Positions 38,170 through 46,959 of a DNA stretch of 64,000 nucleotides are shown here, piece by piece. The notes beneath the pieces were generated by a model, which was given only the letters and a program-made list of their open reading frames with translations, did not search any database and was not told the origin of the DNA. The stretch is from Candidatus Nanoarchaeia archaeon. Lineage in GTDB: Archaea > Nanobdellota > Nanobdellia > Woesearchaeales > ARS49. The stretch covers positions 795-64,794 of the forward strand of contig JBGPOY010000004.1 in NCBI GenBank assembly GCA_041488275.1, written 5' to 3'. Positions within the stretch are counted from its first letter, which is position 1. Each line of letters opens with the position of its first letter. Made by a program: the position numbers and the translations under genes.

Positions 38170-39246
38170 ATGGGGTTGTTCAACCAAAAGGGCGGTGGCG
38201 AAACGCTCTTCCAGAACGAGGACGCGCTGAATCTCGAGTTCGTGCCCAAGCTTCTTCCCTATCGCGACCTTCAGCAGAAGCGCGTCGCCGCGTGCATTCG
38301 TCCCTTGCTGGAAGGCAGGAACGGGCGCAACGCGCTCATTCACGGCCCTCCGGGCATCGGTAAGACAGCCGCAATTCAGTGGGTCAAGCGCGAATTGGAA
38401 GAAACTACCGACGATGTGTACATCGCGTACATCAATTGCTGGCAGAAGAACACGACGTTCAAGATTTTTGAGGAATTGTGCCAGCAGTTCGACTACAAGT
38501 TCACGCAGAACAAGCGCACCGAGGAATTGTTCGAAATTCTCAAGCAGCGCGTCAACAAAAAAGCCGGCCTGTTCATCTTCGACGAGATTGACAAGGTGGA
38601 CGACCACGACTTCCTTTACTCCATCCTTGAAGAAATTTACAAGAAGTCAGTCATTCTCATCACGAACTACAAAGAATGGCTCGAGGATGTCGACGAGCGC
38701 GTCCGCTCTCGCCTGATGCCGGAAGTCGTCGAGTTCAACTCCTACTCGCTAGCGGAAACGCTCGGCATTCTGAAACAGCGTTCCGACCTCGCGTTCGCGT
38801 CCGGCACCGTCTCCAACGATGCATTAACCGCAATCGCGACGCAGGCGTACGACGCCCATGATGTCCGCACGGGCATGTACATGCTCCGCGAAGCCTCGCT
38901 TGCAGCGGAATACGCCAACTCAAGAGTCATCACGCTCGACCACGCCAAAGTCGCCATCGGCAAGGCAAAAGAATTCGTCATCCGCCGCTCGGACGATTTG
39001 AACGAAGACACCAAACAAGTCTTTGACGTCGTGAAAAAGAATTCCGGCAGCAAAATCGGCGACCTGTTCCGGATGTACAAGGAAGTCGGCGGGTTCGGCA
39101 CGTACAAAACCTTTCAAAGAAAAATCGAGCGCCTCGAAAAGGGCGGCTTCATCACGGCGAACAAGCTCGTCGGCGGCAAGGAAGGCACGACCACCATTGT
39201 CGAGCTCGCGAACGGCGAAAAAGCAACGACTTTGGACCGATTCTAG
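38170..39246 (+). CDS. cdc6: Orc1/Cdc6-family replication initiator
   Basis: FVPKLLPYRD, GPPGIGKT, YINC, FDEID, RVRSRL, DVR; C-terminal wHTH. Confidence 0.9.
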   Translation: MGLFNQKGGGETLFQNEDALNLEFVPKLLPYRDLQQKRVAACIRPLLEGRNGRNALIHGPPGIGKTAAIQWVKRELEETTDDVYIAYINCWQKNTTFKIFEELCQQFDYKFTQNKRTEELFEILKQRVNKKAGLFIFDEIDKVDDHDFLYSILEEIYKKSVILITNYKEWLEDVDERVRSRLMPEVVEFNSYSLAETLGILKQRSDLAFASGTVSNDALTAIATQAYDAHDVRTGMYMLREASLAAEYANSRVITLDHAKVAIGKAKEFVIRRSDDLNEDTKQVFDVVKKNSGSKIGDLFRMYKEVGGFGTYKTFQRKIERLEKGGFITANKLVGGKEGTTTIVELANGEKATTLDRF

Positions 39247-39400
39247 GAATTATTCCGTTATCATCCCGTATTCTCCTTCACACTCCACCTGACACTGGAC
39301 AACCATCAGCGTAGCCGATTTAAAAGCAGATTTCTTCAAGAAACTCACGACGGACGCGCCCGAAAGGGCCTTCCGCTCATAACCAAACGAGGTGATCGAA

Positions 39401-39535
39401 ATGGTTGATTTGGAAACAGGAACGATACGACGGTTGTTTCATGAACAGGTGCGCAAGCTCACGAAGGGCTCACTCCCGCCCAAGACGCGGCTGAAGACCT
39501 TTGACGTGCAGTTCTCGGACCGGTGGTTGATATGA
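39401..39535 (+). CDS. Small protein (44 aa) MVDLETGTIRRLFHEQVRKLTKGSLPPKTRLKTFDVQFSDRWLI
   Basis: Not in the track; perfect GAGGTGA SD; ATGA overlap with the next ORF. Confidence 0.6.
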   Translation: MVDLETGTIRRLFHEQVRKLTKGSLPPKTRLKTFDVQFSDRWLI

Positions 39536-39675
39536 ACACCGGCAAAGACTACTTTACCGAGGAAGAGATTGAAGGCGACCTGTACTTCGACGAAGCGCTC
39601 GCGCGCCTGAACGAAGACGGCGAGCTTTCCGGCTTTGAAGAAGGCTTCATGCACGGCTATCTCTCGGCGTATTAA
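39532..39675 (+). CDS. Small acidic protein (47 aa) MNTGKDYFTEEEIEGDLYFDEALARLNEDGELSGFEEGFMHGYLSAY
   Basis: Not in the track; translationally coupled to the previous ORF; followed by a hairpin/T-tract. Confidence 0.65.
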   Translation: MNTGKDYFTEEEIEGDLYFDEALARLNEDGELSGFEEGFMHGYLSAY

Positions 39676-39685
39676 ACTCCCTTAC

Positions 39686-39720
39686 CCTCCCGCGGTCCCC
39701 CCGCGGAGGTTTCTTTTTTT
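39686..39720 (+). terminator. GC hairpin plus T-tract terminator
   Basis: CCTCCCGCGG-TCCCC-CCGCGGAGG followed by TTTCTTTTTTT, between convergent genes. Confidence 0.6.
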
Positions 39721-40833
39721 CTAGAAATTCACCAGCGCATTTCTGACATTCACGGCGACATTCTTCCACGAGCGCTTTTCTTCCACGGTCTTGCGCGCCT
39801 CGACGCCCAAGGCCTTGCGCGTTTCCTCGTGCAGCAGCAGGAATTTCAGCAGGTCCGCGAGCGTGCGGGCGTCCCTGCGCGGGAAGATGAGCCCGTTCTT
39901 GCCGTCCTCGATGTATTCGCGCACCGACCCGACCGGAGTCACGAGCACGGCGCACCCGCACGCCATCGCCTCCAGCGTCGTCAACGACGTGGTTTCCGTC
40001 AGTGACGGCAAGACGTAAATGTCGCTCGCTTGGTAATAGGGAACGACGTTATTCTGTTGTCCGAGCAGCAGGACGCGAGAACTGGGCTTGATGCCGTCAG
40101 CTACTCCGCTGCCGACAATCAGCAACAGCACATTCGGGAAGTCCTTGCGCAAGTGTTGGAACGCCGTGTACAACGTGCCGATGTTTTTCTCGCGCGCGAG
40201 TCTGCCGACGTAGGTAATGACGAACTGCGACGGCAAAACGCCAATCGCGCGTTTCGCTTCCGTGCGGCTGACAGGAGGAATGAATCGAGAGGTATCGATG
40301 CCGAGCTGAACAACTTGCTTCTTCGTCGTGATGCCCTGCATCGTGAGCAGTTCGTCGAGCTCTTGCGACGGAACGAGCAACAGGTTGCACTTGTTGTAGA
40401 GCCAGCGAACGATGAGCTTCATCGTCCACCACGTCGTGCGGCGGAAGTGCTTGAGGCTCTTGCTGACCAGTTCCCACTCAACGCTGTGCACATAACTGAT
40501 AACCGGACGCTTGAGCTTCGACGCCGCGAGAATCGCGCCCACGCCGATGGGGCCGAGCGCCTGGTTGAACACGACGTCGTGCTGTCGTACTAAGTTGCGG
40601 ATGCGTTTCGTGCTGAACTTGGACAGGAAGATGTCGCCGAACCGGAACGGCATCAGCGGCAAGCGGATAATTTTGACGCCGGGAATCGACGGCGTTTCGC
40701 CCTCGAACGCGGGGCACACTACCGTAATCTCAAAGTCTTCCTGCAGTGTCGGAATCAGGCTGTGCAGGAACCGCGCAATGCCGTCCCATCGAGGAAGGAA
40801 GTTGTCGGTCGTAATCAAAAGCTTCTTTTTCAT
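39721..40833 (-). CDS. Glycosyltransferase family 4
   Basis: DNFLPRWDG, VGRLAREKN, PSLTETTSLTTLEAMACG. Confidence 0.92.
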   Translation of the reverse strand: MKKKLLITTDNFLPRWDGIARFLHSLIPTLQEDFEITVVCPAFEGETPSIPGVKIIRLPLMPFRFGDIFLSKFSTKRIRNLVRQHDVVFNQALGPIGVGAILAASKLKRPVISYVHSVEWELVSKSLKHFRRTTWWTMKLIVRWLYNKCNLLLVPSQELDELLTMQGITTKKQVVQLGIDTSRFIPPVSRTEAKRAIGVLPSQFVITYVGRLAREKNIGTLYTAFQHLRKDFPNVLLLIVGSGVADGIKPSSRVLLLGQQNNVVPYYQASDIYVLPSLTETTSLTTLEAMACGCAVLVTPVGSVREYIEDGKNGLIFPRRDARTLADLLKFLLLHEETRKALGVEARKTVEEKRSWKNVAVNVRNALVNF

Positions 40834-41528
40834 ATGAGTTCAATCCACGGTTTGAGATACGGCGCAAGCCAGTTCGTCAGGAGCGTTCCGATGACGCCGC
40901 CGATGATGCCGGAAATGACGCCGTTGAGCGTGTACGCCAGCACGGGGTTCAGGTGCAATGCGCCGAACAGGAATGCCATCGAGGGCAGGATGAACGCTTC
41001 GTACAAGCCCGCGAGCAGCGCGGTCTGCAAGGGAGCGATACGCTTCACGCGCACGTGTTTGCCGTTCAGCGTCATACCAAGCTTGAGCGGCAGGAGATTG
41101 TAGATTGCGAACAGGATAAGGAACGAGAGCGCTGTCGCGGCAAACCCCAGCAAGGCCGTCCCGAGGAACGGCACGCTGCTGATGCGCGCGATCGTGTCCT
41201 CAATCAGGAACAAGACCGTGAGAAACACGGCGTTGCCGATGGCTGCAGGAATGAGGTTGATGTGCGTAATCGTGAATTCTTTGCCGCCGAGCGTGCCACG
41301 CACAACTCGTTTTGTCACGTGCCAGATGCCGAGCGCGATAAGCGTGCCGAACACGCCGACCAGCAAGCCAAGGATGATGTCGCTCGCGATGCCGCCCACG
41401 CCCGGCGTGCGGAACGCAAGAGGAAGCACGAACGGAAGCGCGCCCATCACGAACAGCGTCGCGCCTTCGAAGAGGAGCAGGATGGCTGCCATATCGAGGA
41501 CGTTGATTCGCGTGATGGGTTGTCGCAT
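40830..41528 (-). CDS. Polytopic membrane protein with internal duplication
   Basis: About six TM segments; repeated ITRIN/ITHIN/VKRIA + two-helix units. Confidence 0.7.
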   Translation of the reverse strand: MRQPITRINVLDMAAILLLFEGATLFVMGALPFVLPLAFRTPGVGGIASDIILGLLVGVFGTLIALGIWHVTKRVVRGTLGGKEFTITHINLIPAAIGNAVFLTVLFLIEDTIARISSVPFLGTALLGFAATALSFLILFAIYNLLPLKLGMTLNGKHVRVKRIAPLQTALLAGLYEAFILPSMAFLFGALHLNPVLAYTLNGVISGIIGGVIGTLLTNWLAPYLKPWIELI

Positions 41529-41529
41529 A

Positions 41530-42180
41530 TTAGTTCATCCGGTAAAACGCTTCGGCGTATTTACAATGATTGTTCCAGCCCGTGATGAGCGCGTGCAGCA
41601 CCATACGCAAACGCATCGGCAGCATGAGCAGGAGACCGACTTGGCTTTCATGAGCATCATACGCCTTGAGCTTGAGCGGGAACGTTTCAGTAATGTCAAC
41701 AACGAGCTTGGGCTTGTTGCTGTGCCGCACGTTGAGCGGGTTCCAGACGTCGAACGTGTAGACAGGACAGGAAAGCTTGCGCTCCTTCAGAATACCCGAA
41801 ACGAGCTTGTACACCGCCTTGTGGTCGGGATGCGGGTCGTCAATGCTGTGCGTGAAAATCTTGGTCGGCTTTTCGTGCTCGACAAAGTCGATGACGCGTT
41901 CCTTGATGCCTTTCTGGACGATTTCCTGCACGAACTTTCCTTCGTGAAGCCCGAAAAAAGTCACGCCCTTGCCGCCGAGAATGCGGTCGGACTTCTTCGC
42001 CTCGCGGACGCGCGTCTGCACGATGATTTGCGGCTGCATGTACGGGTGGCTCATCTCGCCGTACGAGAACACGACCGTCTTCACGGTCTTGCCTTCCTGG
42101 GCGTACTTCGCGAACGTTCCCCCGCCGCCGATGATTTGGTCATCGTTGTGGGCGCACAGGAACAGGATGGTTTCCTTCAT
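41530..42180 (-). CDS. PIG-L/LmbE-family deacetylase
   Basis: AHNDD, DPHPDH, VDIT, HESQ and EAF motifs. Confidence 0.9.
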   Translation of the reverse strand: MKETILFLCAHNDDQIIGGGGTFAKYAQEGKTVKTVVFSYGEMSHPYMQPQIIVQTRVREAKKSDRILGGKGVTFFGLHEGKFVQEIVQKGIKERVIDFVEHEKPTKIFTHSIDDPHPDHKAVYKLVSGILKERKLSCPVYTFDVWNPLNVRHSNKPKLVVDITETFPLKLKAYDAHESQVGLLLMLPMRLRMVLHALITGWNNHCKYAEAFYRMN

Positions 42181-42258
42181 GGGCGAATTCACGAGAACGC
42201 GCTTTTTAAAGGTTTGTCTGAAGGAAAGATTTATATCGTTGCTCGCGGTTTCGCTACT

Positions 42259-42603
42259 ATGGAGCTCACGGAACTTCTGTCGCTTTCGTTCGGAAAACCC
42301 GCCGCGTCGCGAGACTTGCAGCACCTGTTCGAATATTTCTCGATTGCCGTCCCGTGCACCGTCCGCATTCCCGATTGGTATTCCCTGCGCGGCACCATCG
42401 CGAACGAGAAAGCCATTATCGAGTTTACCATGTGCAGCCCGAATGCAGGACCCGTTATTGGGCTCGCGTTTTCGCGCCGGTACGATCCGTTAGGGATGTG
42501 GACGAAGCACGAAAAGACGCTGCTCAAGGACCTGCACAAGGCGTACAGGAAGAAATATGCACCGGGAGGGAATCGAACCCTCACCATCAGCTTGGAAGGC
42601 TGA
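42259..42603 (+). CDS. Hypothetical protein (C-terminus reads antisense into tRNA-Gly)
   Basis: TTTATA about 25 nt upstream of MELTELL; its stop lies inside the tRNA gene. Confidence 0.45.
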   Translation: MELTELLSLSFGKPAASRDLQHLFEYFSIAVPCTVRIPDWYSLRGTIANEKAIIEFTMCSPNAGPVIGLAFSRRYDPLGMWTKHEKTLLKDLHKAYRKKYAPGGNRTLTISLEG

Positions 42604-42628
42604 GGTCATACCACTAGACCACCGGTGC
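42558..42628 (-). tRNA. tRNA-Gly(TCC)
   Basis: GCACCGG/CCGGTGC acceptor stem; TCAGC-CT-TCC-AA-GCTGA anticodon arm. Confidence 0.93.
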
Positions 42629-42662
42629 GATGAGAATTCCTGCCCTCGGGACGTTTATAAAT

Positions 42663-43721
42663 TTAGCGCTGGCTCGCGAGCAATTCACGACGAAGATTGT
42701 CCAAGAACCGCGGGAAATCTTCTTTCTTGATGCCGCAGCCGACGGCGTGCTCGTGCCCGCCGCCGTATCCTTCGATGCCGACGAGCGCGCGCTGCAGCAG
42801 CGGCAACAGCACCGTCTTCGGTCCCGACCGGAGCGAGCACCGGACTTCGCCGGACTTTTCGCGTCCGAGCACGATGATTTGGTCGTTGTGTTTGTACAAT
42901 AATTCGTTGGCAAGGTCTTTTGTCAGGGAAAGCGTGTCGTCGGTGTACGTGAACACGATGAGCGGGTCGCTGGTCACCGATTTTTCGGCGCGCTTCATGA
43001 GCTCGATATATGACTGATTGATGTGGTCGTACTTTTTCCACAAGAATTTGGAGCGCGGGCTGTTCTTGTCCATCAGTTCTTCGATGCTTTCGACGCGGCT
43101 CAGGATTTTGATGCTCTTCATAACCTCTCCCGTCGGACCTTTTAGGTTGAAGGACAAGAGTTTGATGAGCGGCGCGAGCGGCGAGTTGAACAGCGCTTCC
43201 TCGACGGTCGTGATGTGCGCCGGCAGGAGTTCAGGATACTTTGCGTGGAAGTCCTTGGCAAACGGCGGGAAATACCAGTCGCCGACGCTGCCGAGCGTCG
43301 CAATCCACAAGTCCTGCTGGACGACCTGATAGCAGCCGCACGGCGTGGGAATGTTGAGGTTGTTGCGCAGACGCGGGTTGAAGTAATCAACGCCTGTTCT
43401 TTCTTGCGGCGCGTGGTGGTCCACCCACGTGCACGGAATCCCGTTCAGCGCGTCGAAAAACTCCTGTTCCGCGAGCGCGATGTCGAGGACGAACACGCGG
43501 TCGGCGCCGGCTTCATGCACCTTTTGCGCGTGCGCGGCAGTCAAGCGAGGATACGCCTTGAGCGGGTAACCCCTGCCTTCGCCCTTGTAGCGGTAGAAGA
43601 GCAGAAAGCTCGCCAGTCCGTCCGGGTCGTCGTGAAAGAAGATAAAAGGGCGTTGACAGTGGTCGAGCGCGTCCTTGACGCGGACAACTTGTTCTTCCGT
43701 GAGCATTTGAGGAGGAGTCAT
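42663..43721 (-). CDS. DHH/DHHA1-family phosphoesterase
   Basis: HDDPDG, VDHH, SLRS, GGGHEHAVG. Confidence 0.85.
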   Translation of the reverse strand: MTPPQMLTEEQVVRVKDALDHCQRPFIFFHDDPDGLASFLLFYRYKGEGRGYPLKAYPRLTAAHAQKVHEAGADRVFVLDIALAEQEFFDALNGIPCTWVDHHAPQERTGVDYFNPRLRNNLNIPTPCGCYQVVQQDLWIATLGSVGDWYFPPFAKDFHAKYPELLPAHITTVEEALFNSPLAPLIKLLSFNLKGPTGEVMKSIKILSRVESIEELMDKNSPRSKFLWKKYDHINQSYIELMKRAEKSVTSDPLIVFTYTDDTLSLTKDLANELLYKHNDQIIVLGREKSGEVRCSLRSGPKTVLLPLLQRALVGIEGYGGGHEHAVGCGIKKEDFPRFLDNLRRELLASQR

Positions 43722-43796
43722 GGGTGTTTTTCGCGAGTCGTACTCTCGAGTGCTCCCGCAATAGCTTTTTAAATATTCGCCTTCTCACTCCCAAGT

Positions 43797-43961
43797 ATGG
43801 GGATTTGCGAGCAATGCCACGCGTATCAGGTCTTCAAGGAGAAGTGCTGGTACTATTGGGAAGGAAAGCGCTCCTGCAGCCAGTTCAAAGCGCACGCGGC
43901 AAGCGAGCCGGGCTTTATTTCGCTGGAACAGGTTGAGCGGGCGTTGGCGGAAAAACCATAA
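43797..43961 (+). CDS. Small four-Cys protein (54 aa) MGICEQCHAYQVFKEKCWYYWEGKRSCSQF...
   Basis: Not in the track; TTTTTAAAT box about 25 nt upstream; CxxC...C...C pattern. Confidence 0.6.
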   Translation: MGICEQCHAYQVFKEKCWYYWEGKRSCSQFKAHAASEPGFISLEQVERALAEKP

Positions 43962-44586
43962 TTTTTGCCTGAGCGACCGCCGCGTCCATCATTATTTCTT
44001 GGTCAGGGACGTTCGTCTCCATTTGTTCAACGTCCGCGAGCCGTGCGTGCGTTGCCGGATGCTGCGCGATGAGAAAACTGCAGCAGTCTTCGTACGGCAG
44101 AATTGAAATCTCGTACGTTCCAATCTGTTTTGACAGTTTGATGGTGTCGACCTTGTCGGCGCCGAGCAACGGCGTCAGAATCGTCTGCGTCGTTGCGCGG
44201 TCGATAACCGTGATGTTGTCCAGCGTTTGCGACGCGACCTGCGCAAGGTTGTCGCCCGTGACGAACGCCTGCGCGCCTTCCTTCTTGAGAATGCGTTCCG
44301 CGATGCGCAGCATAAACCTGCGGTACACAATCATGCGGTGTGTCGCGGGAACGGCCTTGATGAGCGCGAACTGCACGTCCTTGAACGGCACGAGATAGAG
44401 CTTGAGGGGGTGCTTGGCGTACGTCGATAACTGCGTGCACAGCTGCACCACTTTGTTCTCGACGCCCAGCTTGTCCGGCGTTTGGTGATGGAAGTGAACG
44501 GCAACGAGTTCGACGCCCTGCTTGAGCATCAGATAACTTGCAACGGGAGAGTCAATCCCGCCGCTGAGAAGCGAGACCGCTTTCAC
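43915..44586 (-). CDS. thiI: ThiI-like tRNA sulfurtransferase, catalytic PP-loop domain only
   Basis: LLSGGIDSPVA, TGDNLAQVASQTL, PLLGADK, IGTYEISILPYEDCC; GTG start overlaps the upstream TGA. Confidence 0.85.
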   Translation of the reverse strand: MKAVSLLSGGIDSPVASYLMLKQGVELVAVHFHHQTPDKLGVENKVVQLCTQLSTYAKHPLKLYLVPFKDVQFALIKAVPATHRMIVYRRFMLRIAERILKKEGAQAFVTGDNLAQVASQTLDNITVIDRATTQTILTPLLGADKVDTIKLSKQIGTYEISILPYEDCCSFLIAQHPATHARLADVEQMETNVPDQEIMMDAAVAQAKIMVFPPTPAQPVPAK

Positions 44587-45356
44587 GGTGTTCCGTAGAT
44601 GAGTTTGTACGCATCGTTGCGCTCCCACAGAAACGAGAACGCCGGATTCTTGAAATGCTCGAGGATGAGTTTGGTGTCCTTCGGCAGGCACTTGCCGCCG
44701 ACGCCCTTGAGCGCGTCGCGGATGTCAATGTTCCATTTGGTGTTCGTCAGGCGCTTGATTTCGTTGAAGTTGTATCCTTTTTCCTCGAACATCATGCGCA
44801 TTTCCTGCGCGAGGATGATTTCCATCGCGCGATAAAAATTTTCGACGACCTTGGTCAATGCTGCGTGCGTGAAGTCGCTCGAATGCAGCAAGTCCTTCGG
44901 CATAAAGCGCGTGTAGAACTCGATTCCCCGAGACGTGGCGTGGTCGGTGACGCCGCCGATGACGCGGTCAAGGTTGAAAACGTAGTGCGCGGGGTCGTTC
45001 GGGTTGAACCGGTGCGGGCACGTGACCAAGTCGACGTTGCGCTGCGTGCCCCAGTCGACGAGCGAATCGTATTCGTTGGGGTCGAGCGTGCTTTCGATGG
45101 ACACGAGCGGTTCCTGGGCGAGGTTGAGCTTGGTGAGCACGTCCTTGACCTGCGCGGTCGTGTACGTCGCGACGATGTACACATCCGAAGGCGGAACCGT
45201 GTCCGAGACGCGGTAGCCGTCTTTGTGAAAGGCGTCGAGGCGTTCCTTGCTGATGTCGACGCCCGTGATGCGGTCGGTTTTTGCCTTGCGAGTCAGTTCC
45301 TTGAAGCTCTCGCTGCCGACTTCGCCCAAGCCAATGACGGTGATGTCCAACCCCAT
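44583..45356 (-). CDS. Short UDP-glucose/GDP-mannose dehydrogenase-family protein
   Basis: IGLGEVG, IEST, KVVENFYR, GVGGKCLPKD; lacks the C-terminal UDP-binding domain. Confidence 0.8.
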   Translation of the reverse strand: MGLDITVIGLGEVGSESFKELTRKAKTDRITGVDISKERLDAFHKDGYRVSDTVPPSDVYIVATYTTAQVKDVLTKLNLAQEPLVSIESTLDPNEYDSLVDWGTQRNVDLVTCPHRFNPNDPAHYVFNLDRVIGGVTDHATSRGIEFYTRFMPKDLLHSSDFTHAALTKVVENFYRAMEIILAQEMRMMFEEKGYNFNEIKRLTNTKWNIDIRDALKGVGGKCLPKDTKLILEHFKNPAFSFLWERNDAYKLIYGTP

Positions 45357-45409
45357 GCCTTCGTGACGTCAGGGGAGGGTTTAAATAGTTTTTGCACGGT
45401 GAATCGCGC

Positions 45410-46159
45410 ATGCCTATCCCGCAATTCGTCAAGAGCGTGAAGCAATTGCACGACGCCGTTGCAACGGCGGCGAAGAACGGCATCGCGCTCACGGACGCTC
45501 CTTCGTCGAAGGTGCATGACTTCAAGGCGCAGCAGCGCGAAGCGATGCGCAGCTCCGTTCTCACGGGCATCGCGACGGTGGATATGAAGAGCCACGCGCT
45601 GTTCTCGCTCATTGACGCGGACGTAACGAACCGTCCGCTCGTGGAAGCAATCCTCAAACAAGTCGGAGAACTCGGGCAGACCAAGGACGTCGCGAAACTG
45701 CAGTCATTGGTCGGCCGTATTTCGGAGTTGGCTGTTGACCTGCCGCGTGAAACGTCGGACGCCGCCGCGCTGCCGAAACTGCCCGCCGACATCGCGGGCG
45801 ACATCGCCGCCGACTACGCCGAACTGCAGACCTGCCTGAAGTCCGGAGCGTACCGCAGCGCGGTCATCCTGTGCGGCAGGATTCTCGAGACGGCATTGCA
45901 CCGCAAGTATTTTGAACTCACGGGCAATGATTTGCTTGAGAAAGCTCCGGGCACCGGCTTGGGGAACCTCGTCGCGAAAATGTCGGAAAAAGGAGAAACC
46001 ATCGACCCGGGACTGGGCAACCAGATTCATCTCATCAACCAAGTGAGAGTTCACAGCGTGCACAAGAAACAGCAGCCGTTTTCTCCGTCGAAAGCGCAGG
46101 CGCAGGCCATCACGCTCTACACCATGGACGTCATCGCAAAGCTGTGGAAGTCGCCATGA
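45410..46159 (+). CDS. DUF4145 (HEPN-like) domain protein
   Basis: AYRSAVILCGRILE...RVHSVH (Rx4H). Confidence 0.75.
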   Translation: MPIPQFVKSVKQLHDAVATAAKNGIALTDAPSSKVHDFKAQQREAMRSSVLTGIATVDMKSHALFSLIDADVTNRPLVEAILKQVGELGQTKDVAKLQSLVGRISELAVDLPRETSDAAALPKLPADIAGDIAADYAELQTCLKSGAYRSAVILCGRILETALHRKYFELTGNDLLEKAPGTGLGNLVAKMSEKGETIDPGLGNQIHLINQVRVHSVHKKQQPFSPSKAQAQAITLYTMDVIAKLWKSP

Positions 46160-46662
46160 TTACGGACTACGTCGCGTTGGGCGCGCTCATCTCGTGTCTC
46201 ATCACGGGGTTCGTGTTCGTGTTCTTCGGTCTGCCGGGAACGTACCTGCTGCTCGCAGGCGCGCTCTTGTATGACCTGATTACGTGGAGCTGGGCCATCG
46301 GCTCGGGTTCCATCCTGTTCCTGGTTTCCTTGGTCGCGTTCGGCGAGGCGTTCAACAGCATCGTCGGAGTGGCGGCCGCGCGCGGGTTCAAGAGCTCGTT
46401 CCTCGGCACAGTTGGCGCGATGATTGGCACCGTTGTTGGAGGCGTGCTCGGCATCCGCTACGACTTCATCGGCATCCTTTCCGGCATTCTCCTCGGCGGA
46501 CTGTTCGGCGCGTTCCTGCTTGAATTCATCCGCTTGGTCAGCGTGCGCGAGGCAGGCGTCGCCAGCATGGGTGCGTTCCTCGGGCGCGTGATGAGCATCT
46601 TCATTCGTTTCGAGGCGGCAATGATGATGATTGTCGTCATCGCGCTGTCGTCGTTGACGTAA
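46156..46662 (+). CDS. DUF456-family membrane protein
   Basis: GLPG; Gly-rich TM segments; GAFLLE. Confidence 0.8.
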   Translation: MITDYVALGALISCLITGFVFVFFGLPGTYLLLAGALLYDLITWSWAIGSGSILFLVSLVAFGEAFNSIVGVAAARGFKSSFLGTVGAMIGTVVGGVLGIRYDFIGILSGILLGGLFGAFLLEFIRLVSVREAGVASMGAFLGRVMSIFIRFEAAMMMIVVIALSSLT

Positions 46663-46710
46663 TTCTCGAGTCGCTAAATGTTTTTATAGCGAGCACGAAT
46701 GAAGTGACGC

Positions 46711-46959
46711 ATGCTTACGAGGACGTATATCGACAAAGTGAAACGTCTTGAGCAACAAACGGGTCCGCTAGATTGTGAACTGACAGTCGGAACGATTTGG
46801 TCGAGACGTCCTTGGGCGTTGGATGATACGTACATCAAGCCTGAGACGAAATTCCCGCGTTCCATTTCATTAAAGCGCGCCTACTCAAGACGTGAAGAAA
46901 GCAAGGAATATGAGATACCGCGCGGCTTTTTCACATCACGCTTTTACGTTACGCACTAA
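46711..46959 (+). CDS. Hypothetical protein
   Basis: TTTTTATA about 25 nt upstream; fills the gap. Confidence 0.45.
   Translation: MLTRTYIDKVKRLEQQTGPLDCELTVGTIWSRRPWALDDTYIKPETKFPRSISLKRAYSRREESKEYEIPRGFFTSRFYVTH

Noticed and set aside
38076..39400. Replication origin beside cdc6
   Set aside because: No ORB/mini-ORB repeats or extended AT-rich unwinding element recognised; the flanks are short or hold small ORFs.
41182..42258. 473-aa ORF 41182-42603 as one gene
   Set aside because: Most of it is antisense to two real genes; only the part from 42259 has a promoter and a free locus.
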